Below are positions 12,824 to 26,795 of a stretch of DNA of 64,000 nt, in pieces (the first letter of the stretch is position 1; the number at the start of each line of letters is the position of its first letter). The stretch is from Haliotis rufescens. Lineage: Eukaryota. Location of the stretch: NCBI RefSeq assembly GCF_023055435.1, contig NW_025963779.1, forward strand, positions 38,440,001-38,504,000, in the 5' to 3' direction. Made by a program: the position numbers and the translations under genes. The notes under the pieces were generated by a model, which searched no databases, was not told where the DNA came from, and saw nothing but the letters and a program-made list of their open reading frames with translations.

Positions 12824-14049
12824 CAGTGATCCCTCGCTACGACGCTACCTTCGGGGTCCAAATAATTGGTGAGCATTATAGGTGATCAGCGGTTTAACCG
12901 AGGTAAAGTCGTAGGAGGTAGATGACCAACAAATCAGTACACATGCTCTGCCTTCCTAGAACGATCTAGGTTGCAAGTTTAAGAGTTTAAAAAAAGAAAG
13001 ATGAGAATAGAAGTTGTTTGTGATTTAAAGTGTCAAAAAAGACTTATCGAGTATTTATATGCACTTTCAAAAAAACAATTTGTATCCCTTTAGCGAATTC
13101 AGGTGAATAAACATGTATAACAGACTTGGTCAATAAAAGTATGAAATTTGATATAAAACATCATGAGACATGATGATTTACCATTTAAAATTATTTCTTT
13201 CTCTCCAAGGCATTGTTTTATATGCAGAGCTAAAGATTACCGTGTGTATTTTTTGTAAACTAAGCCAGAAATAGCAATCAGCTGTGTACACGTTTCCTCC
13301 CAATCGACTGGAGATTCAGTTAAAAAGTACCCAATGATACAATTTCAAAGAATTTTGATGCAATGGTCGGAAGAAATTGTATCTGAATTTATTATTTTAT
13401 CCGGAATAATATATTCCAATATCGTGTTATTTTAGATGTAGCTTCCACTGTATATACTTAAAATTATAAAAACCATAAGCGTAGCACTTTGGTACAGATG
13501 GTATGCAGGGTATTATTTTACGTATGGAACAATTTGACCAGTCACCGTAGAGACTTCCAGCCCTACATGTTTTTCAATTGCGAAAACATTATGTTGACAT
13601 TTAATAGTCAAACTGCCTCAAATATGACTTTTAGCGAGTTATGGTACAGCATTTATGATATGTGTATCCGTTCGTTTCAAGGCGTCAATAGAAGTAATCT
13701 GACCATGGTTGCTGTAAATAACGGTGAGTTGTGCGATCTACCAATCACTTCGCATATGATTTCGCCGAAATTATTGTAAACATTATTCTAATTTTTGAAT
13801 GAAATTTTGTATATAATTAATAAAATATATTGCAAACATTAGTCCAGATAAACAATGAACAATTTTTTTTTAACCAGATATTATAATAATAGGATTAAAT
13901 TGCATACTTCAGTTCGGATTTGTTGACTGGTATTTCCGGGGGTTACGTGATCGCGGTGATCAATGTTTATTAAAAATGTTAGTAAATTTTGGGAGCCATG
14001 CTTTACTGCGCACTAAAACCAAGTTAGTGCTATATTGAAGAGCGCACTG
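12824..14049. mobile_element. pogo/Tigger-like MITE carrying a shared ~750-bp core
   Basis: TA|CAGTG...CACTG|TA with imperfect TIRs. The core at 13208-13955 recurs at 38447 and 59538. Confidence 0.65.
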
Positions 14050-14158
14050 TATTTATATGTTGGAGTACAACAAAAAGTCATTTCAACTTCAAGAAATCAA
14101 CAAGAAAAGTCCCAATTCAACTTTCATTGTTTTATTTCAGTTTGAGGGTGAAGTTTAC

Positions 14159-14282
14159 CTTTGATCTGGCAAAGCTGACCATTGAGTGAGGTCATCCCTC
14201 TGACCTCCTTGAAAGTCACTGTGGCATCAGACTCAAGGCCATGCATCTGGTTGTCTAGGCATGTCACAACCCCTGGGGTAGC
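14159..14282 (-). CDS. UBA6: UBA6-like exon D (124 bp), first catalytic cysteine half-domain region
   Basis: ttttgttgtag|GCT...AAAG|gtaaac. Encodes [41 protein letters not shown], phase 0/1. Not in the ORF track. Confidence 0.95.
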
Positions 14283-17200
14283 CTACAACAAAAACACAAG
14301 TTACAACCCCTGGAGTAGCCTAAAACAGACACACGTCGCAACCCCTGGGGACAGCCTGCAAGATACACATCACAACCCCTGGGGACAGCCTGCAAGATAC
14401 ACATCACAACCCCTGGGGACAGCCTGCAAGATACACATCACAACCCCTGGGGACAGCCTGCAAGATACACATCACAACCCCTGGGGACAGCCTGCAAGAT
14501 ACACATCACAACTCCTGGGGACAGCCTGCAAGATACTCATCACAACCACTGGGGACAGCCTGCAAGATACACATCACAACCCCTGGGGACAGCCTGCAAC
14601 ATACACAATACAACCCCTGGGGACAGCCTGCAACATACACATCACTACCACTGGGGACAGCCTGCAACATACACATCACTACCCCTGGCAACAGCCTGCA
14701 ACATACACATCACAACTCCTGGGGACAGCCTGCAAGATACACATCACAACCCCTGGGGACAGCCTGCAACATACACATCACAACCCCTGGGGACAGCCTG
14801 CAACATACACATCACAACCCCTGGCAACAGCCTGCAACATACACATCACAACTCCTGGGGACAGCCTGCAACATACACATCACAACCCCTGGGGACAGCC
14901 TGCAAGATACACATCACAACCACTGGGGACAGCCTGCAACATACACATCACAACCACTGGGGACAGCCTGCAACATACACATCACAACCCCTGGGGACAG
15001 CCTGCAAGATACACATCACAACCACTGGGGACAGCCTGCAACATACACATCACAACCACTGGGGACAGCCTGCAACATACACATCACAACCACTGGGGAC
15101 AGCCTGCAAGATACACATCACAACCACTGGGGACAGCCTGCAAGATACACATCACAACCACTGGGGACAGCCTGCAAGATACACATCACAACCACTGGGG
15201 ACAGCCTGCAAGATACACATCACAACCACTGGGGACAGCCTGCAACATACACATCACAACCACTGGGGACAGCCTGCAAGATACACATCACAACCACTGG
15301 GGACAGCCTGCAAGATACACATCACAACCCCTGGGGACAGCCTGCAACATACACATCACAACCACTGGGGACAGCCTGCAACATACACATCACAACCACT
15401 GGGGACAGCCTGCAAGATACACATCACAACCACTGGGGACAGCCTGCAAGATACACATCACAACCACTGGGGACAGCCTGCAACATACACATCACAACCA
15501 CTGGGGACAGCCTGCAAGATACTCATCACAACCACTGGGGACAGCCTGCAACATACACATCACAACCACTGGGGACAGCCTGCAAGATACACATCACAAC
15601 CACTGGGGACAGCCTGCAAGATACACATCACAACCCCTGGGGACAGCCTGCAACATACACATCACAACCACTGGGGACAGCCTGCAAGATACACATCACA
15701 ACCCCTGGGGACAGCCTGCAAGATACACATCACAACCACTGGGGACAGCCTGCAACATACACATCACAACCACTGGGGACAGCCTGCAAGATACACATCA
15801 CAACCACTGGGGACAGCCTGCAAGATACACATCACAACCACTGGGGACAGCCTGCAACATACACATCACAACCACTGGGGACAGCCTGCAACATACACAT
15901 CACAACCACTGGGGACAGCCTGCAAGATACACATCACAACCCCTGGGGACAGCCTGCAACATACACATCACAACCACTGGGGACAGCCTGCAACATACAC
16001 ATCACAACCACTGGGGACAGCCTGCAAGATACACATCACAACCACTGGGGACAGCCTGCAAGATACACATCACAACCCCTGGGGACAGCCTGCAACATAC
16101 ACATCACAACCACTGGGGACAGCCTGCAAGATACACATCACAACCACTGGGGACAGCCTGCAACATACACATCACAACCACTGGGGACAGCCTGCAAGAT
16201 ACACATCACAACCACTGGGGACAGCCTGCAAGATACACATCACAACCCCTGGGGACAGCCTGCAACATACACATCACAACCACTGGGGACAGCCTGCAAG
16301 ATACACATCACAACCCCTGGGGACAGCCTGCAAGATACACATCACAACCACTGGGGACAGCCTGCAACATACACATCACAACCACTGGGGACAGCCTGCA
16401 AGATACACATCACAACCACTGGGGACAGCCTGCAAGATACACATCACAACCACTGGGGACAGCCTGCAACATACACATCACAACCACTGGGGACAGCCTG
16501 CAACATACACATCACAACCACTGGGGACAGCCTGCAAGATACACATCACAACCCCTGGGGACAGCCTGCAACATACACATCACAACCACTGGGGACAGCC
16601 TGCAACATACACATCACAACCACTGGGGACAGCCTGCAAGATACACATCACAACCACTGGGGACAGCCTGCAAGATACACATCACAACCCCTGGGGACAG
16701 CCTGCAACATACACATCACAACCACTGGGGACAGCCTGCAAGATACACATCACAACCACTGGGGACAGCCTGCAACATACACATCACAACCACTGGGGAC
16801 AGCCTGCAACATACACATCACAACCACTGGGGACAGCCTGCAAGATACACATCACAACCCCTGGGGACAGCCTGCAACATACACATCACAACCACTGGGG
16901 ACAGCCTGCAACATACACATCACAACCACTGGGGACAGCCTGCAACATACACATCACAACCACTGGGGACAGCCTGCAACATACACATCACAACCACTGG
17001 GGACAGCCTGCAACATACACATCACAACCACTGGGGACAGCCTGCAACATACACATCACAACCACTGGGGACAGCCTGCAAGATACACATCACAACCACT
17101 GGGGACAGCCTGCAACATACACATCACAACCACTGGGGACAGCCTGCAAGATACACATCACAACCACTGGGGACAGCCTGCAAGATACACATCACAACCC

Positions 17201-19530
17201 CTGGGGACAGCCTGCAACATACACATCACAACCACTGGGGACAGCCTGCAACATACACATCACAACCACTGGGGACAGCCTGCAACATACACATCACAAC
17301 CACTGGGGACAGCCTGCAACATACACATCACAACCACTGGGGACAGCCTGCAAGATACACATCACAACCACTGGGGACAGCCTGCAAGATACACATCACA
17401 ACCCCTGGGGACAGCCTGCAAGATACACATCACAACCACTGGGGACAGCCTGCAACATACACATCACTACCCCTGGGGACAGCCTGCAACATACACATCA
17501 CAACCACTGGGGACAGCCTGCAACATACACATCACAACTACTGGGGACAGCCTGCAACATACACATCACAACCACTGGGGACAGCCTGCAAGATACACAT
17601 CACAACCCCTGGGGACAGCCTGCAACATACACATCACAACCACTGGGGACAGCCTGCAACATACACATCACAACCACTGGGGACAGCCTGCAACATACAC
17701 ATCACAACCCCTGGGGACAGCCTGCAACATACACATCACTACCCCTGGGGACAGCCTGCAAGATACACATCACTACCCCTGGGGACAGCCTGCAACATAC
17801 ACATCACAACCACTGGGGACAGCCTGCAACATACACATCACAACCACTGGGGACAGCCTGCAACATACACATCACAACCACTGGGGACAGCCTGCAAGAT
17901 ACACATCACAACCCCTGGGGACAGCCTGCAACATACACATCACTACCCCTGGGGACAGCCTGCAAGATACACATCACAACCACTGGGGACAGCCTGCAAG
18001 ATACACATCACAACCACTGGGGACAGCCTGCAAGATACACATCACAACCACTGGGGACAGCCTGCAAGATACACATCACAACCACTGGGGACAGCCTGCA
18101 AGATACACATCACAACCCCTGGGGACAGCCTGCAATATACACATCACTACCCCTGGGGACAGCCTGCAAGATACACATCACAACCCCTGGGGACAGCCTG
18201 CAAGATACACATCACTACCCCTGGGGACAGCCTGCAAGATACACATCACAACCCCTGGGGACAGCCTGCAACATACACATCACTACCCCTGGGGACAGCC
18301 TGCAAGATACACATCACTACCCCTGGGGACAGCCTGCAACATACACATCACTACCCCTGGGGACAGCCTGCAAGATACACATCACAACTCCTGGGGACAG
18401 CCTGCAACATGCACATCACTACCCCTGGGGACAGCCTGCAAGATACACATCACAACCCCTGGGGACAGCCTGCAAGATACACATCACAACTCCTGGGGAC
18501 AGCCTGCAACATGCACATCACTACCACTGAGGACAGCCTGCAACATGCACATCACTACCCCTGGGGACAGCCTGCAAGATACACATCACAACCCCTGGGG
18601 ACAGCCTGCAAGATACACATCACAACTCCTGGGGACAGCCTGCAAGATACACATCACAACTCCTGGGGACAGCCTGCAACATACACATCACTACCCCTGG
18701 GGACAGCCTGCAACATGCACATCACAACCCCTGGGGACAGCCTGCAAGATACACATCACAACCCCTGGGGACAGCCTGCAACATACACATCACAACCACT
18801 GGGGACAGCCTGCAAGATACTCATCACAACCACTGGGGACAGCCTGAAAGATACACATCACAACTCCTGGGGACAGCCTGCAAGATACACATCACAACCA
18901 CTGGGGACAGCCTGCAACATACACATCACAACTCCTGGGGACAGCCTGCAAGATACTCATCACAACCCCTGGGGACAGCCTGCAAGATACTCATCACAAC
19001 CACTGGGGACAGCCTGCAAGATACACATCACAACCCCTGGGGACAGGCTGCAAGATACACATCACAACCCCTGGGGACAGCCTGCAAGATACACATCACA
19101 ACCACTGGGGACAGCCTGCAAGATACTCATCACAACCACTGGGGACAGCCTGCAAGATACACATCACAACTCCTGGGGACAGCCTGCAAGATACACATCA
19201 CAACCCCTGGGGACAGCCTGCAAGATACACATCACAACCACTGGGGACAGCCTGCAAGATACACATCACTACCCCTGGGGACAGCCTGCAAGATACACAT
19301 CACAACCACTGGGGACAGCCTGCAAGATACACATCACAACTCCTGGGGACAGCCTGCAAGATACACATCACAACCACTGGGGACAGCCTGCAAGATACAC
19401 ATCACTACCCCTGGGGACAGCCTGCAAGATACACATTACAATCCCTGGGCGTAGCCTACAACAGAAACATAAGTTACAACCCCTGGGGACAGCCTGCAAC
19501 ATACACATCACAACCCCTGGGGTAGCCTGA
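14283..19530. repeat. 34-bp minisatellite (cacaacccctggggacagcctgcaagatacacat), ~150 copies, derived from the exon D splice acceptor
   Basis: Minus-strand unit atgtgtatcttgcag|gctgtccccaggggttgtg versus the real junction ttttgttgtag|gctaccccaggggttgtg. Confidence 0.97.
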
Positions 19531-20409
19531 AATAGAAACACAAGTTACAACACATTTCATACTGTGACAAATTTCTAGAATTTATGTGTTTCATGACTAG
19601 GGTCCTCAAGTTATGCAACAGTATTTCATTCTGGTGATCCCCCTAAATCCTGATGTATAACAACAAGGACCCTTAGCTTTCATGATTAATTACAAAAACT
19701 GATTATTGTTCTGCTCAACAACATAAAATAACAAGAACGTTGACTTGCGTTGTGACCTCAAGACACTGGCACAAGTAGAGCTGTCCATATAATCACAAGT
19801 GGGTTTCAATGCCTTGTCACAGAAATCATTAGATTGGCATTATGTTCAATGTAAAAACATAGGGTTGCCTTCTGCAAGTAGGCCACAGGTCCATGTTCTA
19901 CACTGTTTAACCCCTCATTAATACGGTAAGTGTTACGTTGTCTCAAACTGCACTGCATTACGTAGCTTTGGTTTCTTACTTGTTTTATTTCATCCAGTAC
20001 TTGAGTTTAAAAACATTCCACCGGGCAGTTGACGGAATTTCATAATCAAATCTCCTCAGCATAAATGATTATTGTACACAATTCAGGTGCATCTATTATG
20101 ACTAAAGACCTCATCTGCACTCATACCTTGTATGGACAGCTACTTAACTAGTTATGAAATTAGAGTTTTGTTTAAATAGTCACTTAAATAAGACAGACAA
20201 GACAGTAATTCACTACTCGACTGGGCAATTGTGAAGCTCATAATGGTCTGCCTAAAGCCTTAACCCCAGACATCAATCTGCAGCCACATGTTGTTCTATC
20301 ACCACCAGACAGAACAGCCTCAGGCACCACCATTTGCATAAAAGTCTATATCAAATTAAAGAATGAATGAGAAGAGTCTCTTCCATTTCCTTCTGCACTA
20401 CAAACATCA

Positions 20410-23400
20410 TCTTAACCTGTCTCCTGAAGATCCTACTGTGTCAATTCAACCTGTCTCCTGAAAATCCCACAAGGTCAACTCATGTGTCTCCCAAGATCCC
20501 ACTGGGTCAACTCAACCTGTCTCCTGAAGATCCTACTGTGTCAACTCAACCTGTCTCCTGAAGATAACACTAGGTCAACTCATGTGTCTCCTGTAGATCC
20601 TACCAGGTCAACTAAACATGATTCATGAAGATCCCACTGGGTCAACTCAACCTGTCTCCTGTAGATCCCACTGGGTCAACTCAACCTGTCTCCTGAAGAT
20701 CCCACTAGGTCAACTCATGTGTCTCCTGTAGATCCTACTGGGTCAACAAAACGTGATTCATGAAGATCCCACTGGGTCAACTCAACCTGTATCCTGAAGA
20801 TCCCACTGGGTCAACTCAACCTGTCTCCTGTAGATCCTACTGGGTCAACTCCACCTGTCTCCTGAAGATCCTACTGTGTCAACTCAACCTGTCTCCCGAA
20901 GATCCCGCTAGGTCGACTCATGTGTCTCCTGTAGATCCTACTGGGTCAACTCAACCTGTCTCCTGAAGATAACACTAGGTCAACTCATGTGTCTCCCGAG
21001 ATCCCACTGGGTCAACTCTACTTGTCTCCTGAAGATCCCACTAGGTCAACTCAACGTGATTCATAAAGATCCCACTGGGTCAACTCAACCTGTATCCTAT
21101 AGATCCTACTGGGTCAACTTAACCTGTCTCCTTAAGATAACACTAGGTAAACTCATGTGTCTCCTGTAGATCCTACCGGGTCAACCAAACAAGATTCATG
21201 AAGATCCCACTGGGTCAACTCAACCTGTCTCCTGAAGATCCTACTGGGTCAACTCAACGTGATTCATGAAGATCCCACTGGGTCAACTCAACCTGTCTCC
21301 TGAAGATCCCACTGGGTCAACTCAACCTGTCTCCTGAAGATCCCATAGGGTCAACTCTACCTGTATCCTGAAGATCCTACTGGGTCAACTCAACCTGTCT
21401 CCTGAAGATCCCACGGGGTCAACTCAACCTGTATCCTGTAGATCCTACTGGGTCAACTCAACCTGTCTCATGAAGATCCCGCTAGGTCGACTCATGTGTC
21501 TCCTGTAGATCCCACTGGGTCAACTCAACCTGTCTCCTGAAGATAACACTAGGTCAACTCATGTGTCTCCCGAGATCCCAGTGGGTCAACTCTACTCGTC
21601 TCCTGAAGATCCCACTTGGTCAACTCAACGTGATTCATAAAGATCCCACTGGGTCAACTCAACCTGTATCCCAAAGATCCTACTGGGTCAACTCAACCTG
21701 TCTCCTGTAGATCCTACTGGGTCAACTCAACGTGATTCATGAAGATCCCACTGGGTCAACTCAACCTGTCTCCTGAAGATCCCACTGGGTCAACTCAACG
21801 TGATTTATGAAGATCCCACTGGGTCAACTCAACCTGTATCCTGTAGATCCTACTGGGTCAACTCAACCTGTCTCCCGAAGATCCCACTAGGTCGACTCAT
21901 GTGTCTCCTGTAGATCCTACTGGGTCAACTCAACCTGTCTCCTGAAGATAACACTAGGTCAACTCATGTGTCTCCCGAGATCCCACTGGGTCAACTCTAC
22001 TTGTCTCCTGAAGATCCCACTGGGTCAACTCAACGTGATTCATAAAGATCCCACTGGGTCAACTCAACCTGTATCCCAAAGATCCCACTGGGTCAGCTCA
22101 ACCTGTCTCCTGTAGATCCTACTGGGTCAACTCAACGTGATTCATGAAGATCCCACTGGGTCAACTGAACCTGTCCCCTGAAGATCCCGCTGGGTCAACT
22201 CAACCTGTCTCCTGTAGATCCTACTGGGTCAACTCAACGTGATTCATGAAGATCCCACTGGGTCAACTCAACCTGTCCCCTGAAGATCCCGCTGGGTCAA
22301 CTCAACGTGATTCATGAAGATCCCACTTGGTCAACTCAACCTGTCTCCTGAAGATCCCGCTGGGTCAACTCAACCTGTCTCCTGAAGATCCCACTGGGTC
22401 AACTCATGTGTCTCCTGTAGATCCTACTGGGTCAACAAAACGTGATTCATGAAGATCCCACTGGGTCAACTCAACCTGTATCCTGAAGATCCCACTGGGT
22501 CAACTCAACCTGTCTCCTGTAGATCCCACTGGGTCAACTCCACCTGTCTCCTGAAGATCCTACTGGGTCAACTCAACGTGATTCATGAAGATCCCACTGG
22601 GTCAACTCTACCTGTATCCTGAAGATCCTACTGGGTCAACTCAACCTGTATCCTGTAGATCCTACTGGGTCAACTCAACCTGTCTCCTGAAGATAACACT
22701 AGGTCAACTCATGTGTCTCCCGAGATCCCACTGGGTCAACTCTACTTGTCTCCTGAAGATCCCACTGGGTCAACTCAACATGATTCATAAAGATCCCACT
22801 GGGTCAACTCAACCTGTATCCCAAAGATCCCACTGGGTCAACTCAACCTGTCTCCTGTAGATCCTACTGGGTCAACTCAAAGTGATTCATGAAGATCCCA
22901 CTGGGTCAACTCAACCTGTCCCCTGAAGATCCAGCTGGGTCAACTCAACCTGTCTCCTGAGGATCCCACTGGGTCAACTCAACCTGTCTCCTGAAGATCC
23001 TACTGGGTCAACTCAACGTGATTCATGAAGATCCCACTGGGTCAACTCAACATGATTCATGAAGATCCCACTGGGTCAACTCAACCTGTATCCTGAAGAT
23101 CCCACTGGGTCAACTCAACCTGTATCCTGAAGATCCCACTGGGTCAACTCAACCTGTCTCCTGAAGATCCCACTGGGTCAACTCAACGTGATTCATGAAG
23201 ATCCCACTGGGTCAACTCAACCTGTCTCCTGAAGATCCCACTGGGTCAACTCAACCTGTCTCCTGAAGATCCTACTGGGTCAACTCAACGTGATTCATGA
23301 AGCTCCCACTGGGTCAACTCAACCTGTTTCCTGGAGATCCCACTGGGTCAACTCAACCTTTCTCCTGAAGATCCCATTGGGTCAACTCAACCTGTCTCCT

Positions 23401-24410
23401 GTAGATCCTACTGGGTCAACTCAACCTGTCTCCTGAAGATAACACTAGGTCAACTCATGTGTCTCCCGAGATCCCACTGGGTCAACTCTACTTGTCTCCT
23501 GAAGATCCCACTTGGTCAACTCAACGTGATTCATAAAGATCCCACTGGGTCAACTCAACCTGTATCCTGAAGATCCCACTGGGTCAACTCAACCTGTCTC
23601 CTGTAGATCCTCCTGGGTCAACTTAACCTGTCTCCTGAAGATAACACTAGGTAAACTCATGTGTCTCCCAAGATTCCCCCTGGGTCAACTCTACCTGTCT
23701 CCTGAAGATCCTACTGGGTCAACTCAACCTGTCTCCTGAAGATAACACTAGGTCAACTCATGTGTCTCCTGTAGATCCTACCGGATCAACTCTACCTGTA
23801 TCCTGAAGATCCCACTGGGTCAACAAAACGTGATTCATGAAGATCCCACTGGGTCAACTCAACTTGTATCCTGAAGATCCCACTGGGTCAACTCAACCTG
23901 TATCCCAAAGATCCCACTGGGTCAACTCAACCTGTCTCCTGAAGATCCTACTGGGTCAACTCAACGTGATTCATGAAGATCCCACTGGGTCAACTCAACC
24001 TGTCTCCTGAAGATCCCACTGGGTCAACTCAACCTGTGACCTGAAGATCCCACTGGGTCAACTCAACCTGTCTCCTGAAGATCCTACTGGGTCAACTCAA
24101 CGTGATTCATGAAGATCCCACTGGGTCAACTCAACCTGTCTCCTGAAGATCCCACTTGGTCAACTCAACCTGTCTCCTGAAGATCCCATTGGGTCAACTC
24201 TACCTGTATCCTGAAGATCCTACTGGGTCAACTCAACCTGTCTCCTGAAGATCCCACTGGGTCAACTCAACCTGTCTCCTGAAGATCCCACTGGGTCAAA
24301 TCAACCTGTCTCCTGAAGATCCTACTGGGTCAACTCTACCTGTCTCCTGAAGATCCCACTAGGTCAACTCAACGTGATTTAAGATACCACTGGGTCAACT
24401 GAATGAGTTT
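20410..24410. repeat. 34-bp minisatellite (gatcccactgggtcaactcaacctgtctcctgaa) with several variant unit types
   Basis: About 115 tandem copies. Variants include cgtgattcatgaa and the ataacactagg type. Confidence 0.95.
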
Positions 24411-25709
24411 TCTGAAGTTACAACTAATCAATACCAAAAGGGTGAACTTGACAGTACTTAGTTTCAGTTGGTTTCTTGCAGTTCCCACTTTGTCCACTCA
24501 TCAGCTTGTCCTGCCATCCCTTGCCTAGCAGAAGTTGCGGCATGTCTTATCCTACATTATAAAAGCTTCCGTGATTGATGATTCACATATCAACAAACAC
24601 AGCCTCTGAAAGTTAAAGTACAAGGCTCAGTCATGTAGTACTTGTTTAAATTAAAACAACAACTCGCTGGACTGTCATCCAACTAAGTTGCAGCAAGGTA
24701 ATGAAATCTTGCGTCAGCGTGATCAAAGAACAAAGATCAACACAAGGTCATAATTCAACATTACTTCCAGGAAAGGCATTTTTGATTTCTTGTTGATGGA
24801 AATTTTGCAGAACAGTTCTGCAAGATGACAAAAGTTTGAGAACATGGACAAATGTAAGCACCAAAATTTAAAATGCTGTAAAACACAAATGGCATACCCA
24901 TGATAAGTCACACTACTTTGTACCTAGACACCTTATTTCTTTGGCCTCACTGCTTTATGAGTTCAAAAGAATGATTTTTGTGGCAACCCCAAGACATATA
25001 TAACACACAAGAAACCACAATGGAAAAACAGCACATAAAATAAACTCAAAATATGGGAGCTTAAAATTGGGGTGATTAAATATTGCTGATGTGTGCATAA
25101 AACATCCCAATTTGCTATTATGACTATATAATTCAGTTGGGTTTTGTCAGGTTTAATATGATTAAATAATGCATGCCTCCACTGGTGCTTTATTGATTTC
25201 AACAACATTGGCAGCAGTTTCAATACAAGAAATGAATGGGTTGGGCAGTGCGTAAGTACATATATTTAGATTTTCTATCATTTACTGTTCACATCATCAG
25301 GGACTGTGAGTTAACAGCTTTCAATAGTTCAGTCTTGCAATGACGAAAAAAATCATCTGAAAAACACAAATGCTATAAATAAATTGCACTCAACTCTAAA
25401 TAATGGAAAATGTGGTATGCCGTTTGATGAGAAATCTATCACAGAGTGATGTGTTTTTTTTAAATACAACATGTATCTTAGTTTACATCTTCAAGCTTTC
25501 ACTGGTAATGAAGTCATGTCTGTATGCTACACTGTTTCATGGGTCATGTGTGGCAGAGTGAGTGAGGGCTGAGTGGATTGTATGACCAGAATCATGGAGA
25601 CCTGGAGCAGGCCAACAATCGGCTGTCAGTGTGATCCCAACAGAAAACATATTGGAAAACTGACGTTGCCAGACAATACATGATGATGACCATTGGAGTT
25701 GAATGCTTC

Positions 25710-26795
25710 CCCAGAATCTCCATAGAATCCTGTGTGTAGAAGGGTCTTATGCTGCCTCAGAATCCTGTGTGTAGAAGGGTCTAATGCTGCCCCAGAATAC
25801 TATGTGTAGAAGGATCTAATGCCACCCCAGAATCCTGTGTGTAGAAGGGTCTAATGCTGCCCCAGAATCCTGTGTGTAGAAGGGTCTAATGCCACCCCAG
25901 GATCATGTGTGTAGAAGGGTCTAATGCTGCCCCAGAATCTCCACAGAATCCTGTGTGTAGAATGGTCTAATGCTACTCCAGAATCCTGTGTGTAGAAGGG
26001 TCTAATGCCGCCCCAGAATCCTGTGTGTAGAAGGGTCTAAAGCTGTCCCAGAATCCTGTGTGTAGAAGGGTCAAATGCTGCCCCAGAATCCTGTGTGTAG
26101 AAGGGTCTAATGCTGCCCCAGAATCCTGTGTGTAGAAGGGTCTAATGCTGCCCCAGAATCCTGTGTGTAGAAGGGTCTAATGCCACCCCAGGATCATGTG
26201 TGTAGAAGGGTCTAATGCTGCCCCAGAATCTCCACAGAATCCTGTGTGTAGAATGGTCTAATGCTACTCCAGAATCCTGTGTGTAGAAGGGTCTAAAGCT
26301 GTCCCAGAATCCTGTGTGTAGAAGGGTCAAATGCTGCCCCAGAATCCTGTGTGTAGAAGGATCTAATGCTGCCCCAGAATCCTGTGTGTAGAAGGGTCTA
26401 ATGCTGCCCCAGAATCCTATGGGTAGAAGGGTCTAATGCTGCCCCAGAATCTCCACAGAATCCTGTGTGTAGAAGGGTCTAATGCTGCCCCAGAATCCTG
26501 TGTGTAGAAGGGTCTAATGCCGCCCCAGAATCATGTGTGTAGAACGGTCTAATGCTGCCCCAGAATCTCCACAGAATCCTATGTGTAGAAGGGTCTAATA
26601 ATGCCCCAGAATCTTCACAGAATCCTGTGTGTAGAAGGGTATAATGCTACCCCAGAATCTCCACAGAATCCTGTGTGTAGAAGGGTCTAATGCTGCCCCA
26701 GAATCTCCACAGAATCCTGTGTGTAGAAGGGTCTAATGCTGCCCCAGAATCCTGTGTGTAGAAGGGTCTAATGCTGCCCCAGAATCTCCACAGAT
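25710..26795. repeat. 35-bp minisatellite (cagaatcctgtgtgtagaagggtctaatgctgccc) with 46-bp variants
   Basis: Direct tandem repetition. Confidence 0.95.

Noticed and set aside
14182-19530. 1782-aa ORF as a giant repetitive protein
   Set aside because: The 34-bp unit has no + strand stop, so the ORF just cycles through three frames. It has a non-ATG start and overlaps a real minus-strand exon antisense.
20410-24410. CRISPR-like interpretation of the 30-38 bp repeat arrays
   Set aside because: Units are head-to-tail with no unique spacers, there are no cas genes, and the context is eukaryotic.
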